This document shows positions 19,899 through 29,384 of a stretch of DNA of 64,000 nucleotides, in pieces. How positions within the stretch are numbered: the stretch's first letter is position 1; each line of letters begins with the position of its first letter. The notes beneath the pieces are model-generated. The model did not search any database. It saw only the letters and a list, made by a program, of their open reading frames with translations, and was not told the DNA's origin. Made by a program: the position numbers and the translations under genes. The DNA is from a virus. The stretch lies in the IMG/VR virus record IMGVR_UViG_3300036826_000567, positions 34,898 to 98,897 of that record. The stretch is one strand, 5' to 3'.

Positions 19899-21639
19899 AG
19901 TCGTTCTCCCCGTTCCAATGACGGCGCTCTGTCATATCACCGATGTCGTGATATCTCCCCACTCTCGGATCAAAACGCATGCGGACCATCCCCACTTTGC
20001 CAATTTCCCGAAACCGAATTTTCTGAATATGCACTTCGACGCTCTGGTCGTCGGCAGCAAGGTTACGCCAGACAGCAATACAGTTATCCGGCATGTTGCG
20101 AAAGTGCGCACTCCCCGAAACGTCATAGGGCGTTGGCACGGGATACTGGCCTTCCATCTCCCCTTTCTCGATTTTCCTGAGCTTCGTCGGATGCGCGACA
20201 AGCCACACATGGACGCCATGGTGCTGGCCAAACAGTTCGAGCTTGTTGAGGACACTTCCGACATACTCTGTCTCTGTCTGCCAGGTGGGTCGTTGATGCT
20301 CCATGCGGTTCCAGGGGTCAAGGATGAGTCCCTTGATGCCCTGGCGATAGACCTGGACTTCAGCCAATTCGAGCAGGCAGTCCAACGTCGGAGCGGTGGT
20401 CCGTGGCAAGAGAAAACTGACATGCTTGCCCAGCCAGCGCTTGCCGTGATCGAGTTCCGCCCGTGTCATCTTGGGACTTCCCTCAAACGGGATACCCAAG
20501 GAGGTTTCAATGAGGAGTGCTGCATAGCGTTGGAGCGGCAGACTTTCCAAGCTACAGATGGCAAACTGCCAATCGTGCACACTCGCCATGTTGACTGCAA
20601 GGCCACTCAGCCACTGAGTTTTGCCATGGCCTGGCACGCCAGTCACCAGGGTCAATTCCCCTGGGCGAACCGTGTAGTGACGATCCACCGTCGGCCAGCC
20701 GGTACTGAGCCCTGGGGGAATACCATACTCGTAGATGTGGTCAATCAGGCTACTGAGGTCCTCGACGGTCACGATGCCACTCACCGGCCAGGGGGCCGCC
20801 TGCTCGATACACTCCTTCAGGACGGCTGCACCATGTGAGACCAGCACCTCGTTTGCGTCTTTACACCCACTCGACCACGCGACCGTATAGCAGCGCTCTG
20901 GCCCCACGCGTCGCGCCAACTCTTGCGCCAGTTTTACGCCGGGAGCATCCGTATCCACCGCGAGGATAATCCGCTTCAGCGGCGCGAGAAGACTTTCGGC
21001 TGAGCGGAGAAACTCAAACTTCTTCTCGTACTCCTTGCTCTCGATGGCTGGTGCCCCATCGGGCACGGAGAGCACAGACGTGTACCCCGCGACCTCCAGG
21101 GCCAAGGCATCCATCTCGCCCTCGCAGATAATCACCGTGTCCCCCTGTACATCGTCCAGGCCATAGAACAGCCGTTCCGCGCCGCCGACCATGCGAAAGT
21201 GCTTGTGGCCATCGCGGTATTTGCAGTTGACCACCTCACCCTGGCGAAAGTAGGGAAACTGGATTGTGGGCACCTCTTGTTCCAACTGCGGCATATAGAC
21301 CGGGCCATAGCTAATCCGTCGCCGTGCCAAGACGTTCACGGGAATGCCGCGCCCAGCAAACCATTCAATGACGCGGCTCGGGAGCGACGTTTCCCGGTAC
21401 ACCGGCTTGCGATAGAGGAGCGGAGTCGCCGCAGGATTGGACTGGTGCTCTTCGCCGCCCTTCAGGCTCCCAGACCAGGCGCAGTGCCAACAGTTCCACA
21501 ACCCTTTGTCCAGGTTCGCGTTGAGGCACGGATACGTCTTCTTCTTGCGGTAGGGTGAACAACGCGGGCACGTTGTTTTGATTTCTCCCGTCGTCTTGCC
21601 ATGGGTCTCAATACCCAGTTCGCTCCACGTCACCATCAC
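19888..21639 (-). CDS. Twinkle/T7 gp4-like bifunctional primase-helicase
   Basis: Zinc finger CPRC..CWHC; TOPRIM ICEGEMDAL..AVDTD..G; Walker A TGVPGHGKT; LILDPW; LVAHP; SGSAHF. Confidence 0.95.
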   Translation of the reverse strand: MMVTWSELGIETHGKTTGEIKTTCPRCSPYRKKKTYPCLNANLDKGLWNCWHCAWSGSLKGGEEHQSNPAATPLLYRKPVYRETSLPSRVIEWFAGRGIPVNVLARRRISYGPVYMPQLEQEVPTIQFPYFRQGEVVNCKYRDGHKHFRMVGGAERLFYGLDDVQGDTVIICEGEMDALALEVAGYTSVLSVPDGAPAIESKEYEKKFEFLRSAESLLAPLKRIILAVDTDAPGVKLAQELARRVGPERCYTVAWSSGCKDANEVLVSHGAAVLKECIEQAAPWPVSGIVTVEDLSSLIDHIYEYGIPPGLSTGWPTVDRHYTVRPGELTLVTGVPGHGKTQWLSGLAVNMASVHDWQFAICSLESLPLQRYAALLIETSLGIPFEGSPKMTRAELDHGKRWLGKHVSFLLPRTTAPTLDCLLELAEVQVYRQGIKGLILDPWNRMEHQRPTWQTETEYVGSVLNKLELFGQHHGVHVWLVAHPTKLRKIEKGEMEGQYPVPTPYDVSGSAHFRNMPDNCIAVWRNLAADDQSVEVHIQKIRFREIGKVGMVRMRFDPRVGRYHDIGDMTERRHWNGENDYVA

Positions 21640-21759
21640 ACTGCTCCTCTCGGATGATTGCTATGGTCAGTAACGCATCACAGACAGGGCACCAGGGGCT
21701 GTCGAGTGCCGGCATGTCGGTATGGACATGCGTCGGCTCGCCTGGCGCCAGGGGGCCGG

Positions 21760-22647
21760 TCATAACTCCACATGCTCATGGTAGTAGCCGCCATTCCGTG
21801 GCCTCTTGGCCTCTGGTGGGAGTGCCTCCCATGCCTTGCGCATCCAGTTCCGCCACGCCATATTCCAATCACTGCGCCCGACCTTAAACTCATAGTCACG
21901 AAATTTGCCGGTTTCAAAGTCGATATTTAGGCCAGGGACTTCCCTAGCAGCCCACGTGCACAATTCGTCTGTCACGGCGAAGTTTTCTGGGACAAAACGT
22001 GCCGGTCGCCGTTTCGGTTGCACAGCGGCTTGCACACCATTCACCGCTGCTAGGGTCTGAGGGGGGACTACAGGGGGGAGATCTTTGTTTTGTTTCTTAA
22101 GAGGGTTTTTATTTGGTTCATGTGGTGAACAACTGAGTTCATGTGATGAACAACCACTGATTACTGGTTGTTCATGTGGCGAACAATCAGGGCTCATATC
22201 CAAGGTATTTGAATGATTTAGCGGTTGTTCATGTGGCGAACAATGTTGTTCATCTCGTGAACAATCATCTTTAGGTTGTTCATGTGGCGAACAACCGCGA
22301 TTCTTGAATTCCTCCATGTTGTCTGGCCATATATCAACAATGCGGATTTTGACCGCCTCGTGGTATCCTTCACGTTGAGTCGCGATAGTAATCAGGCCGG
22401 CCTTGGCGAGCTCTTCTTTCGCTGCGGGGATTGTTCCTCGACCGAGTTGGGCTTCTTTGGCGATAGTAGTAGTGCTCTTGCCACATTCACCATTCTCATT
22501 AGCCACGCTCTTGAGATAGACATAGAGCCACCGCGCAGGGAGTGACAGACCGCGCCCTCGCCTCCCTTTTATAAAGGTGTGAGGGAGCATCGCAAAGTAT
22601 TTCCGGGATTCCCCATCGTCAGAGGTTTCATGCTTTCGTGTAGCCAT
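21760..22647 (-). CDS. Lambda-O-like phage replication initiator (N-terminal HTH, internal iterons)
   Basis: HTH-like N-terminus; repeated CSPHEQ encoded by iterons; C-terminal 'FRDY..DWNMAWRNW' domain; lies directly upstream of the helicase. Confidence 0.8.
   Translation of the reverse strand: MATRKHETSDDGESRKYFAMLPHTFIKGRRGRGLSLPARWLYVYLKSVANENGECGKSTTTIAKEAQLGRGTIPAAKEELAKAGLITIATQREGYHEAVKIRIVDIWPDNMEEFKNRGCSPHEQPKDDCSRDEQHCSPHEQPLNHSNTLDMSPDCSPHEQPVISGCSSHELSCSPHEPNKNPLKKQNKDLPPVVPPQTLAAVNGVQAAVQPKRRPARFVPENFAVTDELCTWAAREVPGLNIDFETGKFRDYEFKVGRSDWNMAWRNWMRKAWEALPPEAKRPRNGGYYHEHVEL
22081..22293. repeat. Replication origin: six palindromic 16-bp iterons plus AT-rich tract
   Basis: GTTCATGTGG(T/C)GAACA-like copies start at 22116, 22137, 22170, 22227, 22248 and 22278; T-rich stretch at 22081-22115. 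Confidence 0.85.
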
Positions 22648-22661
22648 GGCCGTCTTCCTAC

Positions 22662-23258
22662 TTAGTTAGCCTTCAATATTGAAGGGTCAAGCGTTCTGTA
22701 GTCCTGTCGTATCGCCGCAATATCTTCCTCATCGAGGCTGAACCACTCTCCCCGTTGGTGCTTGGCATCAAAGCGCCGGTGGAGTTCTTGCTCTGTCTGC
22801 ACCATATCTGCCGTGGGGATAAGCAGAAGCGTCTCCAGTGGAAATGGCGCGTGGGCCGTCATAGGTGTCAATCGCTTGTAAGGGTCTTCAGTGCGACCAA
22901 TTTTGTAGTAGGACTCTCCGCGAATGATGTAGACAAACCCTTTCGATGATTTTGCTGGAGGTGCTCCCTGTGTGACTTTACGTCGTATTGGCATTGGCTG
23001 GCTTGGCAGGCTTCTCTGCCTTTCTCTGGTCGCCATCGCTTCTTCAATTTCATCAAGCGTGGTAAGCCCAGAGCCACGGTCTAGCCAAAATTCACCCGCA
23101 TGTCGCGCCAGGTTTTGCATTCTTGGAATCAGGGCTAGTACGCGCTCGCCAATTTCTAAAGCACTGAGTCCTTGGACCTGTGACACCCCAATTACCATCT
23201 CGTGTGGCGATACAAGCCATCTATTCCCGTCCTGATAGATCATGTCTGCAAAGGTCAT
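22662..23258 (-). CDS. GIY-YIG (T5orf172/MUG113-like) nuclease-domain protein
   Basis: GFVYII..YYKIGRT..KRL..EQELHRRF..RGEWF. Confidence 0.85.
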   Translation of the reverse strand: MTFADMIYQDGNRWLVSPHEMVIGVSQVQGLSALEIGERVLALIPRMQNLARHAGEFWLDRGSGLTTLDEIEEAMATRERQRSLPSQPMPIRRKVTQGAPPAKSSKGFVYIIRGESYYKIGRTEDPYKRLTPMTAHAPFPLETLLLIPTADMVQTEQELHRRFDAKHQRGEWFSLDEEDIAAIRQDYRTLDPSILKAN

Positions 23259-23297
23259 CTTTCCCCCTCTATCATTATCACACGCCAAAATGTTCAC

Positions 23298-23335
23298 TTG
23301 ACAATATGGTAACATACTGGCATAATTGCTGTCAA
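23298..23335. promoter_or_regulatory. Overlapping divergent sigma70-type promoters
   Basis: Plus strand: TTGACA(23298)-N17-CATAAT. Minus strand: TTGACA(23335)-N18-TACCAT. Confidence 0.65.
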
Positions 23336-23401
23336 GCATTGGCTGTGGTATTCTTTCAATCAAGAGGGGTTGACAACATGCAAACATCAGAGGTGATCCT
23401 T

Positions 23402-23581
23402 ATGGCCGAGAAAAAAGACATTAAACAAACTGCGGTACGTGTTGAGCGTGCCGTACTCAGGAAGGCCAAGTTTTACCTGGATGAGGAAAACAAGAGCCTT
23501 CAGGAGTTCCTAGAGAGCTGCCTTGTTGGCTACGTCCAACAACGTGACCAAGAACGGGAGCGTGACGCCGTCTCCGCCTAG
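23402..23581 (+). CDS. Ribbon-helix-helix-like regulator
   Basis: KQTAVRVERAVLRKAK..SLQEFLE pattern; GAGGTG RBS. Confidence 0.6.
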   Translation: MAEKKDIKQTAVRVERAVLRKAKFYLDEENKSLQEFLESCLVGYVQQRDQERERDAVSA

Positions 23582-23645
23582 CCCCCGTCTCCCTGGTACG
23601 CCCGGTGGTCGGTGCGCGCCGTGTGTTCCTCACTCTGGAGGTGCT

Positions 23646-23759
23646 ATGCCCTTGGACGGACTGTTTTCCGATTCCGGTTTCATCCGTGGCGTTGGCTATC
23701 TGTTCATGGTCGCCGCGTTCATCCGTCTCGTCTTGCTCATCGCGGAGCCTGATGCCTAA
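23646..23759 (+). CDS. Small membrane peptide (array unit 1)
   Basis: CTGGAGGT RBS; one hydrophobic helix. Confidence 0.55.
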   Translation: MPLDGLFSDSGFIRGVGYLFMVAAFIRLVLLIAEPDA

Positions 23760-23792
23760 TGCTGTGTCGTTACCCTGTCCCATGGAGGTGGT

Positions 23793-24017
23793 ATGTCTTT
23801 GCCCTGGCCGCAGTTGTTCTTCGAGACCCTGGCGCTCTTTCCTGCTCCCCCGGCATCGTTGCGGCCCGCGGACTGCTGGCACTGCCTGCGGTCCCGCCCG
23901 GCCTATCGTACGATGCCGTATGGGACCGCTCAAAAAGCCGTGGCACGGTTGTGTCAGCGCCGCTTGCTCGTGCGCGTAGGCCATGGCCGGTATGCTCGCG
24001 CCCCCCTGGCGCCGTAA
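23793..24017 (+). CDS. Small winged-helix-like protein (array unit 2)
   Basis: TAQKAVARLCQRRLLVRVGHGRY resembles a wHTH wing. Confidence 0.55.
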   Translation: MSLPWPQLFFETLALFPAPPASLRPADCWHCLRSRPAYRTMPYGTAQKAVARLCQRRLLVRVGHGRYARAPLAP

Positions 24018-24032
24018 CCCTGTTGGAGGTCT

Positions 24033-24293
24033 GTGATGCCTGTTGTTATTGCTGGTGCCGTCCCCGTCCAGTCCCTCAATATGCACCAGCGTGCCTGTGA
24101 GGTGTATATCGAGGCCGAGCAAGCGAAGATCCTGCCCGATACGCACCTGATTGCGCTCCTGTGCGACTCCGTGCGATTGGTGCGGGAGAACACGGCCCTG
24201 CATGCAGAGTGCTTGGCGTTGGCTGGGCGCTTGATCGAGGCCAAAATGGAGATTGAGCGGCTGCGCCACTCTTGTGCCCCGCTGGTGCGCTAA
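24033..24293 (+). CDS. Small coiled-coil protein (array unit 3)
   Basis: Linker RBS; heptad pattern. Confidence 0.6.
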   Translation: MMPVVIAGAVPVQSLNMHQRACEVYIEAEQAKILPDTHLIALLCDSVRLVRENTALHAECLALAGRLIEAKMEIERLRHSCAPLVR

Positions 24294-24308
24294 CGCTGGA
24301 GGTGTGGT

Positions 24309-24512
24309 ATGGAAAAACGTATTGGTACGTGTGGTTCCTGTGGTGGTGATGTTATGGGCCATCGTGGCGGTTGGATGGGGATCAATCCCCCGCCTCCGGA
24401 TCAGTGTCGGTCCTGTGGCGCAGTGGTCCGTGGACAGTCGGATATGCTGGCGATGGGGCCAACGCCCCGCCGTCCGATCCCGCAGGGACCGTCGCGTCCT
24501 CGCACGCCCTAA
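24309..24512 (+). CDS. Small zinc-ribbon protein (array unit 4)
   Basis: CGSCGG..CRSCGA. Confidence 0.65.
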   Translation: MEKRIGTCGSCGGDVMGHRGGWMGINPPPPDQCRSCGAVVRGQSDMLAMGPTPRRPIPQGPSRPRTP

Positions 24513-24527
24513 CCCTGGAGGTGGTCT

Positions 24528-24734
24528 ATGTCCTTGTTGGACGTCTGCCTTGTGAGCCTCGCCGGCCTTGTCGGCGTGGCTCTGCTGACTCTGTGTGTCG
24601 GCTCGCTGCTGCTCTCGCTCCTGGCCGGTGTGCTGGGATTCAGTCTTCCACTTTGGATGCAGGCGCTGGGGGGACTGACGGCCATCGCTGTCTTCTGGGC
24701 GGGGGCCATGCAGCTCGCACAGCCCCCCGCATAA
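24528..24734 (+). CDS. Small membrane protein (array unit 5)
   Basis: Two hydrophobic helices. Confidence 0.6.
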   Translation: MSLLDVCLVSLAGLVGVALLTLCVGSLLLSLLAGVLGFSLPLWMQALGGLTAIAVFWAGAMQLAQPPA

Positions 24735-24749
24735 TTCTGGAGGTCTCTG

Positions 24750-24980
24750 ATGCTGACCTATCACGTGTGCTGTGCAAAGCCGCTCGCTGGGGCCGTGTGC
24801 TGCCGCACCATGGCCGAGTCGCATCGCTTGTTCTGTGGCGCCATCGAGGCCCTGCGCTGGCATCGCGGGCAACCGTGGGAGCGTGTCGGGCTTCATACGG
24901 TGGTGCGCGAGGATGTCAGCGCTGCTGCGGTGGTAGAGCCGCAACAAGGGCTGTTTCCTGACGTTCCCATGGGGCCCTAA
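24750..24980 (+). CDS. Small hypothetical protein (array unit 6)
   Basis: Linker RBS; QQGLF clamp-binding-like motif near the C-terminus. Confidence 0.55.
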   Translation: MLTYHVCCAKPLAGAVCCRTMAESHRLFCGAIEALRWHRGQPWERVGLHTVVREDVSAAAVVEPQQGLFPDVPMGP

Positions 24981-24995
24981 CCCTGGAGGTATGCT

Positions 24996-25235
24996 ATGGC
25001 GCATGATGCCCTCGATGTCATCGCGGAATCCTACAAGTCGCTCGCCCTGTCGCAGCGCTTGGCATTGCGTCTGCATGGCCTGGCCTTCCTGATGCTGGGA
25101 CTGGCCCTGCTGGTCTTGGGCTGGGTCGCCTACCAGCAGATCCAGGTGCAGTCCGTGCTGCGCCAGCATACGGATACGCTCACGGTCCAGACGCAGGCCC
25201 TGCAGGTGCTGCTGCAACGCGGCGCTGGACACTAG
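24996..25235 (+). CDS. Small membrane-anchored coiled-coil protein (array unit 7)
   Basis: TM helix followed by Gln-rich heptads. Confidence 0.6.
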   Translation: MAHDALDVIAESYKSLALSQRLALRLHGLAFLMLGLALLVLGWVAYQQIQVQSVLRQHTDTLTVQTQALQVLLQRGAGH

Positions 25236-25238
25236 GAG

Positions 25239-25604
25239 GTGCACTTGGCTCGACAGAAACCTCACTATTCGCGGTACTGGTCCCTGTTCTCGCGCTATAT
25301 TCGCTATGTCCGGGCTCAGGGGCGCTGTGAGTGCGAAGGGGAGTGTGGATTGCACCGGACGCATCCTGGTCCACGTCGCTGTGTTGAGGTGGATCATCAG
25401 CCTGCAGTCTGGGCCAAGGGCCGCGTGGTGCTTACCGTGGCCCATCTGTGCACATGTGAGCCGCCTTGTACCCTGATTACTCATGTCAAAGCTCTCTGTA
25501 ACCGTTGCCACTTGTTGGCCGATGGCCCCTTACATCAGCGTCATGCGGCGGAAACGCGCCGCCAGCAGAAAGAAGCGGCGGGCCAACTCTCGTTTCTGCG
25601 CTAG
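25239..25604 (+). CDS. HNH-like zinc-finger protein
   Basis: RAQGRCEC..VVLTVAHL..ALCNRCHL..D; C-terminal QLSFL clamp-binding-like motif. Confidence 0.7.
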   Translation: MHLARQKPHYSRYWSLFSRYIRYVRAQGRCECEGECGLHRTHPGPRRCVEVDHQPAVWAKGRVVLTVAHLCTCEPPCTLITHVKALCNRCHLLADGPLHQRHAAETRRQQKEAAGQLSFLR

Positions 25605-25612
25605 GAGCCGCT

Positions 25613-25906
25613 ATGCCTGACACCGATGACCATCCTGACCATCCCTCCATCCCTGATGCGCTGACGCTTGATCCAGTGACCATCGACAACGTGCTGCTGC
25701 GGCGTCTGGTGGAGGAGGTGCAGCAGGATGAGGTGCGTGGGCCACAGCTCTATGACCGCGTGCACAATCGCCACAACCGGGGCGGCCCCACGCGCCCCTG
25801 GCCCACGCCACCGCGGCCTACCCCACCGCGGCCTACCCCACCGCGGCCTACCCCACCGCGGCCCGCGCCTGAGAAGCCGCCGGAGGAGCCAGTGCTGGAG
25901 CCGTGA
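25613..25906 (+). CDS. YhhA-like cyclophane (triceptide) RiPP precursor with Pro-rich tail
   Basis: IDNVLLRRLVEEV..YDRVHNRHNR resembles the YhhA leader and core; 15-bp tandem repeat encoding (PTPPR)4 at ~25802-25862. Confidence 0.55.
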   Translation: MPDTDDHPDHPSIPDALTLDPVTIDNVLLRRLVEEVQQDEVRGPQLYDRVHNRHNRGGPTRPWPTPPRPTPPRPTPPRPTPPRPAPEKPPEEPVLEP

Positions 25907-26065
25907 GGACTGTCGCCCGGCATACCGCACACGGCACCTGTGCTACCCAGTACCCACACTGACACCGCTGCAGCCGTGGCGCCGGCCGTTCGAGGATCTG
26001 GCGGTGGAAGGCATGTTTGAGACGGCCACTAATCGTGGACCGGGCGTTGGTGGGTTGGGGCATGG

Positions 26066-28884
26066 CTATGCCTCCTCTCCTATGACCCACTGGCTCTGAT
26101 CCTCGTAGGGATCTTCCCATTCACTCGGCTCTGCGCCAAAGCACACGCCATGGTAGCGATATTGATCATCCGCATTGGTTACGAAGGCCCGTATGGCTAT
26201 CGTGCCTTCATGAATCGTCTGGTGACACCGGCTACACAAGCACCCCGGTCCCTCTTCGATATGCGTTGGCCATCGTGTATCCGTAGCGGCGACGGTCAGC
26301 GGCGGAATGTCTGGTACTTCGGGATGGCGATGCCGCACGTGTTGATGTTCCCCGCGCAGATCCTCAAAGGGAATACGGCCTTCCGTCGCGGGGTAGCCAC
26401 GACAGGCCCACTTGAGGTGCAGCTCAATGTTGGGCGCATCGCTGTGCTCATAGGCGCCTGCGCATGGCTTACAGAGCACGGCTATCGCGCCATTGGCCGA
26501 AATGCCACACACCGCACACCCCCACCCATGATCAGCGACAGGACTGCGCGCCGTGAGGAAGACAATGACCACGGCATTGTTGCCTTCACAGAGGCAACAC
26601 ATGCCAAACGACGTTTGAGCTGCAATATTCTTTACAGATGGCATGCTTACAGCTCCTCGTGCATCATCTGGATCGCGCACGTCATACAGACGATCAGCGG
26701 GTTGGCAAAGCGGCGCCCGGCAGCTGCTGTCTCCGGCGCTATCCAGACCTGGGCCAGACATTTCCCGCAGGTCTCGCGCTTGGACGGTACGGCCGGCGCC
26801 CCATCGGTCACCCGCATGCAGACGACCGGCTGTACCTCTTGGGCGGCGTTGAGGTCGTCATAGGACGCAAAGCGTTCGACCTCCAGGTCGGCGTTGAGCT
26901 GGACCAGGTCCAGGGCATGGCGTTGGTGCTGGGGCATGGTGTTCCTCCTAGCGCGCGACATGGCGCCGCGTACGCCGCTTCGGCAGCCGCTGCGGTTGTT
27001 CCTCCATGGTGGGCCCACCCCATGTCTCGACGACTTGGGTCGCGAGATCGTCCCATGCCTGCTGCATGGAGGCCGGGAGCACGTCCCAGGGCGCGAGCAG
27101 CGCTGCCGGGCGTACCCGCAACTGGTACATCTCATAGGCGATATGGCCGAGGGATTTGCCCTGGCGCACGTACCGAGGGGTGAAGACGGTCGTATGCTCG
27201 ATCATGCGGATTGCCTCGCGTTTCTCTCAATCGCCAGGATGGCGGTGACGAGCTTGTCATGGCCTGTCTCCTTGAGAAAGCCCATCACCGCGCCCAAGGC
27301 AAAGAGCAAGGTGAACTGGTCGCATGGCCCGTCGGCCAGATCGTGGAGCGTGGTCAGCAGTTCGGCTTCGGTCATGGTGCTCCCTCACGCTGTGCGGGTT
27401 CGGGGTATCGCGGTGCCGTATAGGATTCCAGGGTCAAGAGTCCTCCATGTTCCAGGACAATGCGCTCATGTCCATCGACATGCAGGAGCGTGGCGACGCC
27501 ATTCTCGTCATATTCCACGACGAAGCATGCTATCTCACGCATGGCGCTGCATTTGCCTGCGCCTGGCTAACCCGCCTTGCGAGGTCCAGCATGGCGGCGG
27601 CGATCTCGCTATAGCCCTCGTGCTCGAGCCAGCCGAGCAGCGTGCCGACCGCGAATCCAAAGGTATTCTGGTCGCACGGACCCTCGGCTAGTGCGTAGAG
27701 CGTGGCGAGGAGTTCGTCTTTGGTCATGGGGTTCTCTCTTCTCTCTGGGTCAGCGCGAGTACCCGCCCACAGCATCCTGCCCGTAAGGGGTTGAACACAA
27801 TGGGGTGAAACGCGCCGTTGCAACACGCAATCTGGGGGCCACTCCCTGCCTGCTTCCCCTGTTGCAGTTCCTGATAGCGTCGGCGGTACTCCAGCGTATT
27901 CGCACGCACGCCGGGGAAGAGTGGCGCGGGCCGTGGCTTGGGCGTGTAGCAGTGCGAACAGCAGACGTAGGGTGGCTGGTCGCAGAGACCACCACAGTGG
28001 CCACATACGCCCTGGTCTCGCCAGGTGCGATACTGCGCGTGCGTCGGCATGACTGTCCTCCTGCGTGCTAGCGTTGCCCCATCTGCCGCACGCCTTGCCG
28101 CGGTGGGGCCGTGATGTCCGCCTCGGCGACCGCCTCGGGATAGCGGTCGCCGGTCCATTCGTGGACGAGATCATAGGTGATATGGGGCGTAGCATCCGGG
28201 TGATAATGCCGCTGCACTACGCGCCAGCGATCCGGGTTCCCGCGCACGCCGACTGACTCATCGAGTTCATAGCGAAAGAGGACGCGGTGGCGTTTAGCGC
28301 CCATGAAGGTTGTCCTCATGGAAGACATGGCAATTGCCACAATAGCGCTGTCGCACATCTTCGAGGTGCCAACTGGCACGACCGCACGTCATGCAGAGAA
28401 TGCCCTGCGCCCCATTTGGCCGTGTAATGATGAGGTAGCGATCCTCCGTGGAATGCACAATCCAGTCCGCACGTAAACCTATGATCGGCGCCACCATTCC
28501 CTCCTACAGTGCCGGCCATGCTTCGCCTTTGACCGCCGCCTCTAGCCACCGCGTCGCCCACGCCAGCGCTGGTCCCGGCCACTCCACCGCCACTGGCCCG
28601 GTCGTGACGACCTGCCGCGGCGTCAGCACCCAGAGGAGCCACTGGCCCGGCTTCCGGGCTGAGCCGATCTGGTAGACGAGGGCGTCCTGATAGGCACCGC
28701 TGCCTAGCAGCCCGAGGAGCCGCTGCCAGAACCACCAGGCCGCGTCACTGGCCCCCCAGGCAGGCCCATGTAACGCCAGCGCCGCCGTCCAGAGGGTGCC
28801 AAGACGCGAGGGAATCTCTAAGACCTGCGACGGCAGGCTGAATTGGTAGACCTCGGGACGGGGGAGGGTTGAGGTGTCGTGCAT
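26066..28884 (-). other. Operon of small phage-type hypothetical CDSs (26066-26644, 26647-26937, 26948-27205, 27202-27375, 27530-27727, 27724-28050, 28068-28304, 28294-28497, 28504-28884)
   Basis: Coupled ORFs with RBSs; many CxxC motifs. Confidence 0.55.
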
Positions 28885-28889
28885 CGGGC

Positions 28890-29384
28890 TTACCTCCGTC
28901 TTATATCGCGCAGAGCGAGGCTCTCATAGTTGACGGCTACTAGCTTCCACTGCAGTTTGACCTCGTCATAGCGCAAGGTGTAGGTGACATCGGGAATGAG
29001 GCCATCACTGGCGGGCTCGCAGATCGTCGTAGGAAACCGCGCCATAAAGGCCCCATTGCCGTCGAGATACTTCTCCGCAAAGGTGACATGGAGTGGTGGA
29101 CGGGCGGGATCGCAGCTGATCTCGATGCGGAGTTCCTGGCCCAGGTAGGGCGAGCCCTTGGGGTCCTCAAAGCGCGTATCCTGCTGCAGCCCACGAATGA
29201 TGATCATGTCCCAGTCGTCGATGTTGGGTGTGATGCTCGCCACGTTGTTTTTGAGGAGCACCGTGCCATGGTCGGCGGTGCTGCTGGCCTTGGCGGTCTT
29301 GAGCACGAGGGGGTCTTGTGCCTTGCAGCTACCACTGGTGGCTAGGAGACCGCAGAGGGCGAGGAGCAAGAGAGGTCGTCGCAT
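28890..29384 (-). CDS. Secreted protein; stand-alone homologue of the C-terminal domain of 2718-4706
   Basis: Signal peptide; PNIDDWD..PYLGQELRIEISCD..TLRYDEVKLQWKLVA versus PNADNGD..PRHGQVITFMFLCD..TRYNTNSLKWGVIA. Confidence 0.6.
   Translation of the reverse strand: MRRPLLLLALCGLLATSGSCKAQDPLVLKTAKASSTADHGTVLLKNNVASITPNIDDWDMIIIRGLQQDTRFEDPKGSPYLGQELRIEISCDPARPPLHVTFAEKYLDGNGAFMARFPTTICEPASDGLIPDVTYTLRYDEVKLQWKLVAVNYESLALRDIRRR

Larger units (their letters stand above)
23631..25241 (+). repeat. Repeated stop-RBS-start linker TAA-NNCTGGAGGT-N5-(A/G)TG between mini-genes
   Basis: Copies at ~23633, ~23781, 24015, 24291, 24510, 24732 and 24978; five consecutive intergenic gaps are exactly 15 nt. 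Confidence 0.85.

Noticed and set aside
22116-22293. Palindromic repeats as a CRISPR array
   Set aside because: 16-bp units with irregular 5-41-nt gaps inside a coding initiator gene; no cas genes. Iterons fit better.
24015-24998. TAAC at gene ends suggesting integron attC sites
   Set aside because: Linkers are only 15 nt, with no GTTRRRY end or attC palindrome, and no IntI-type integrase is present.
23457-25511. 684-aa minus-strand ORF spanning the mini-gene array
   Set aside because: Shadow frame: the plus-strand genes all share one frame and have RBSs, so the GC-rich antisense frame stays open. Its composition is not protein-like.
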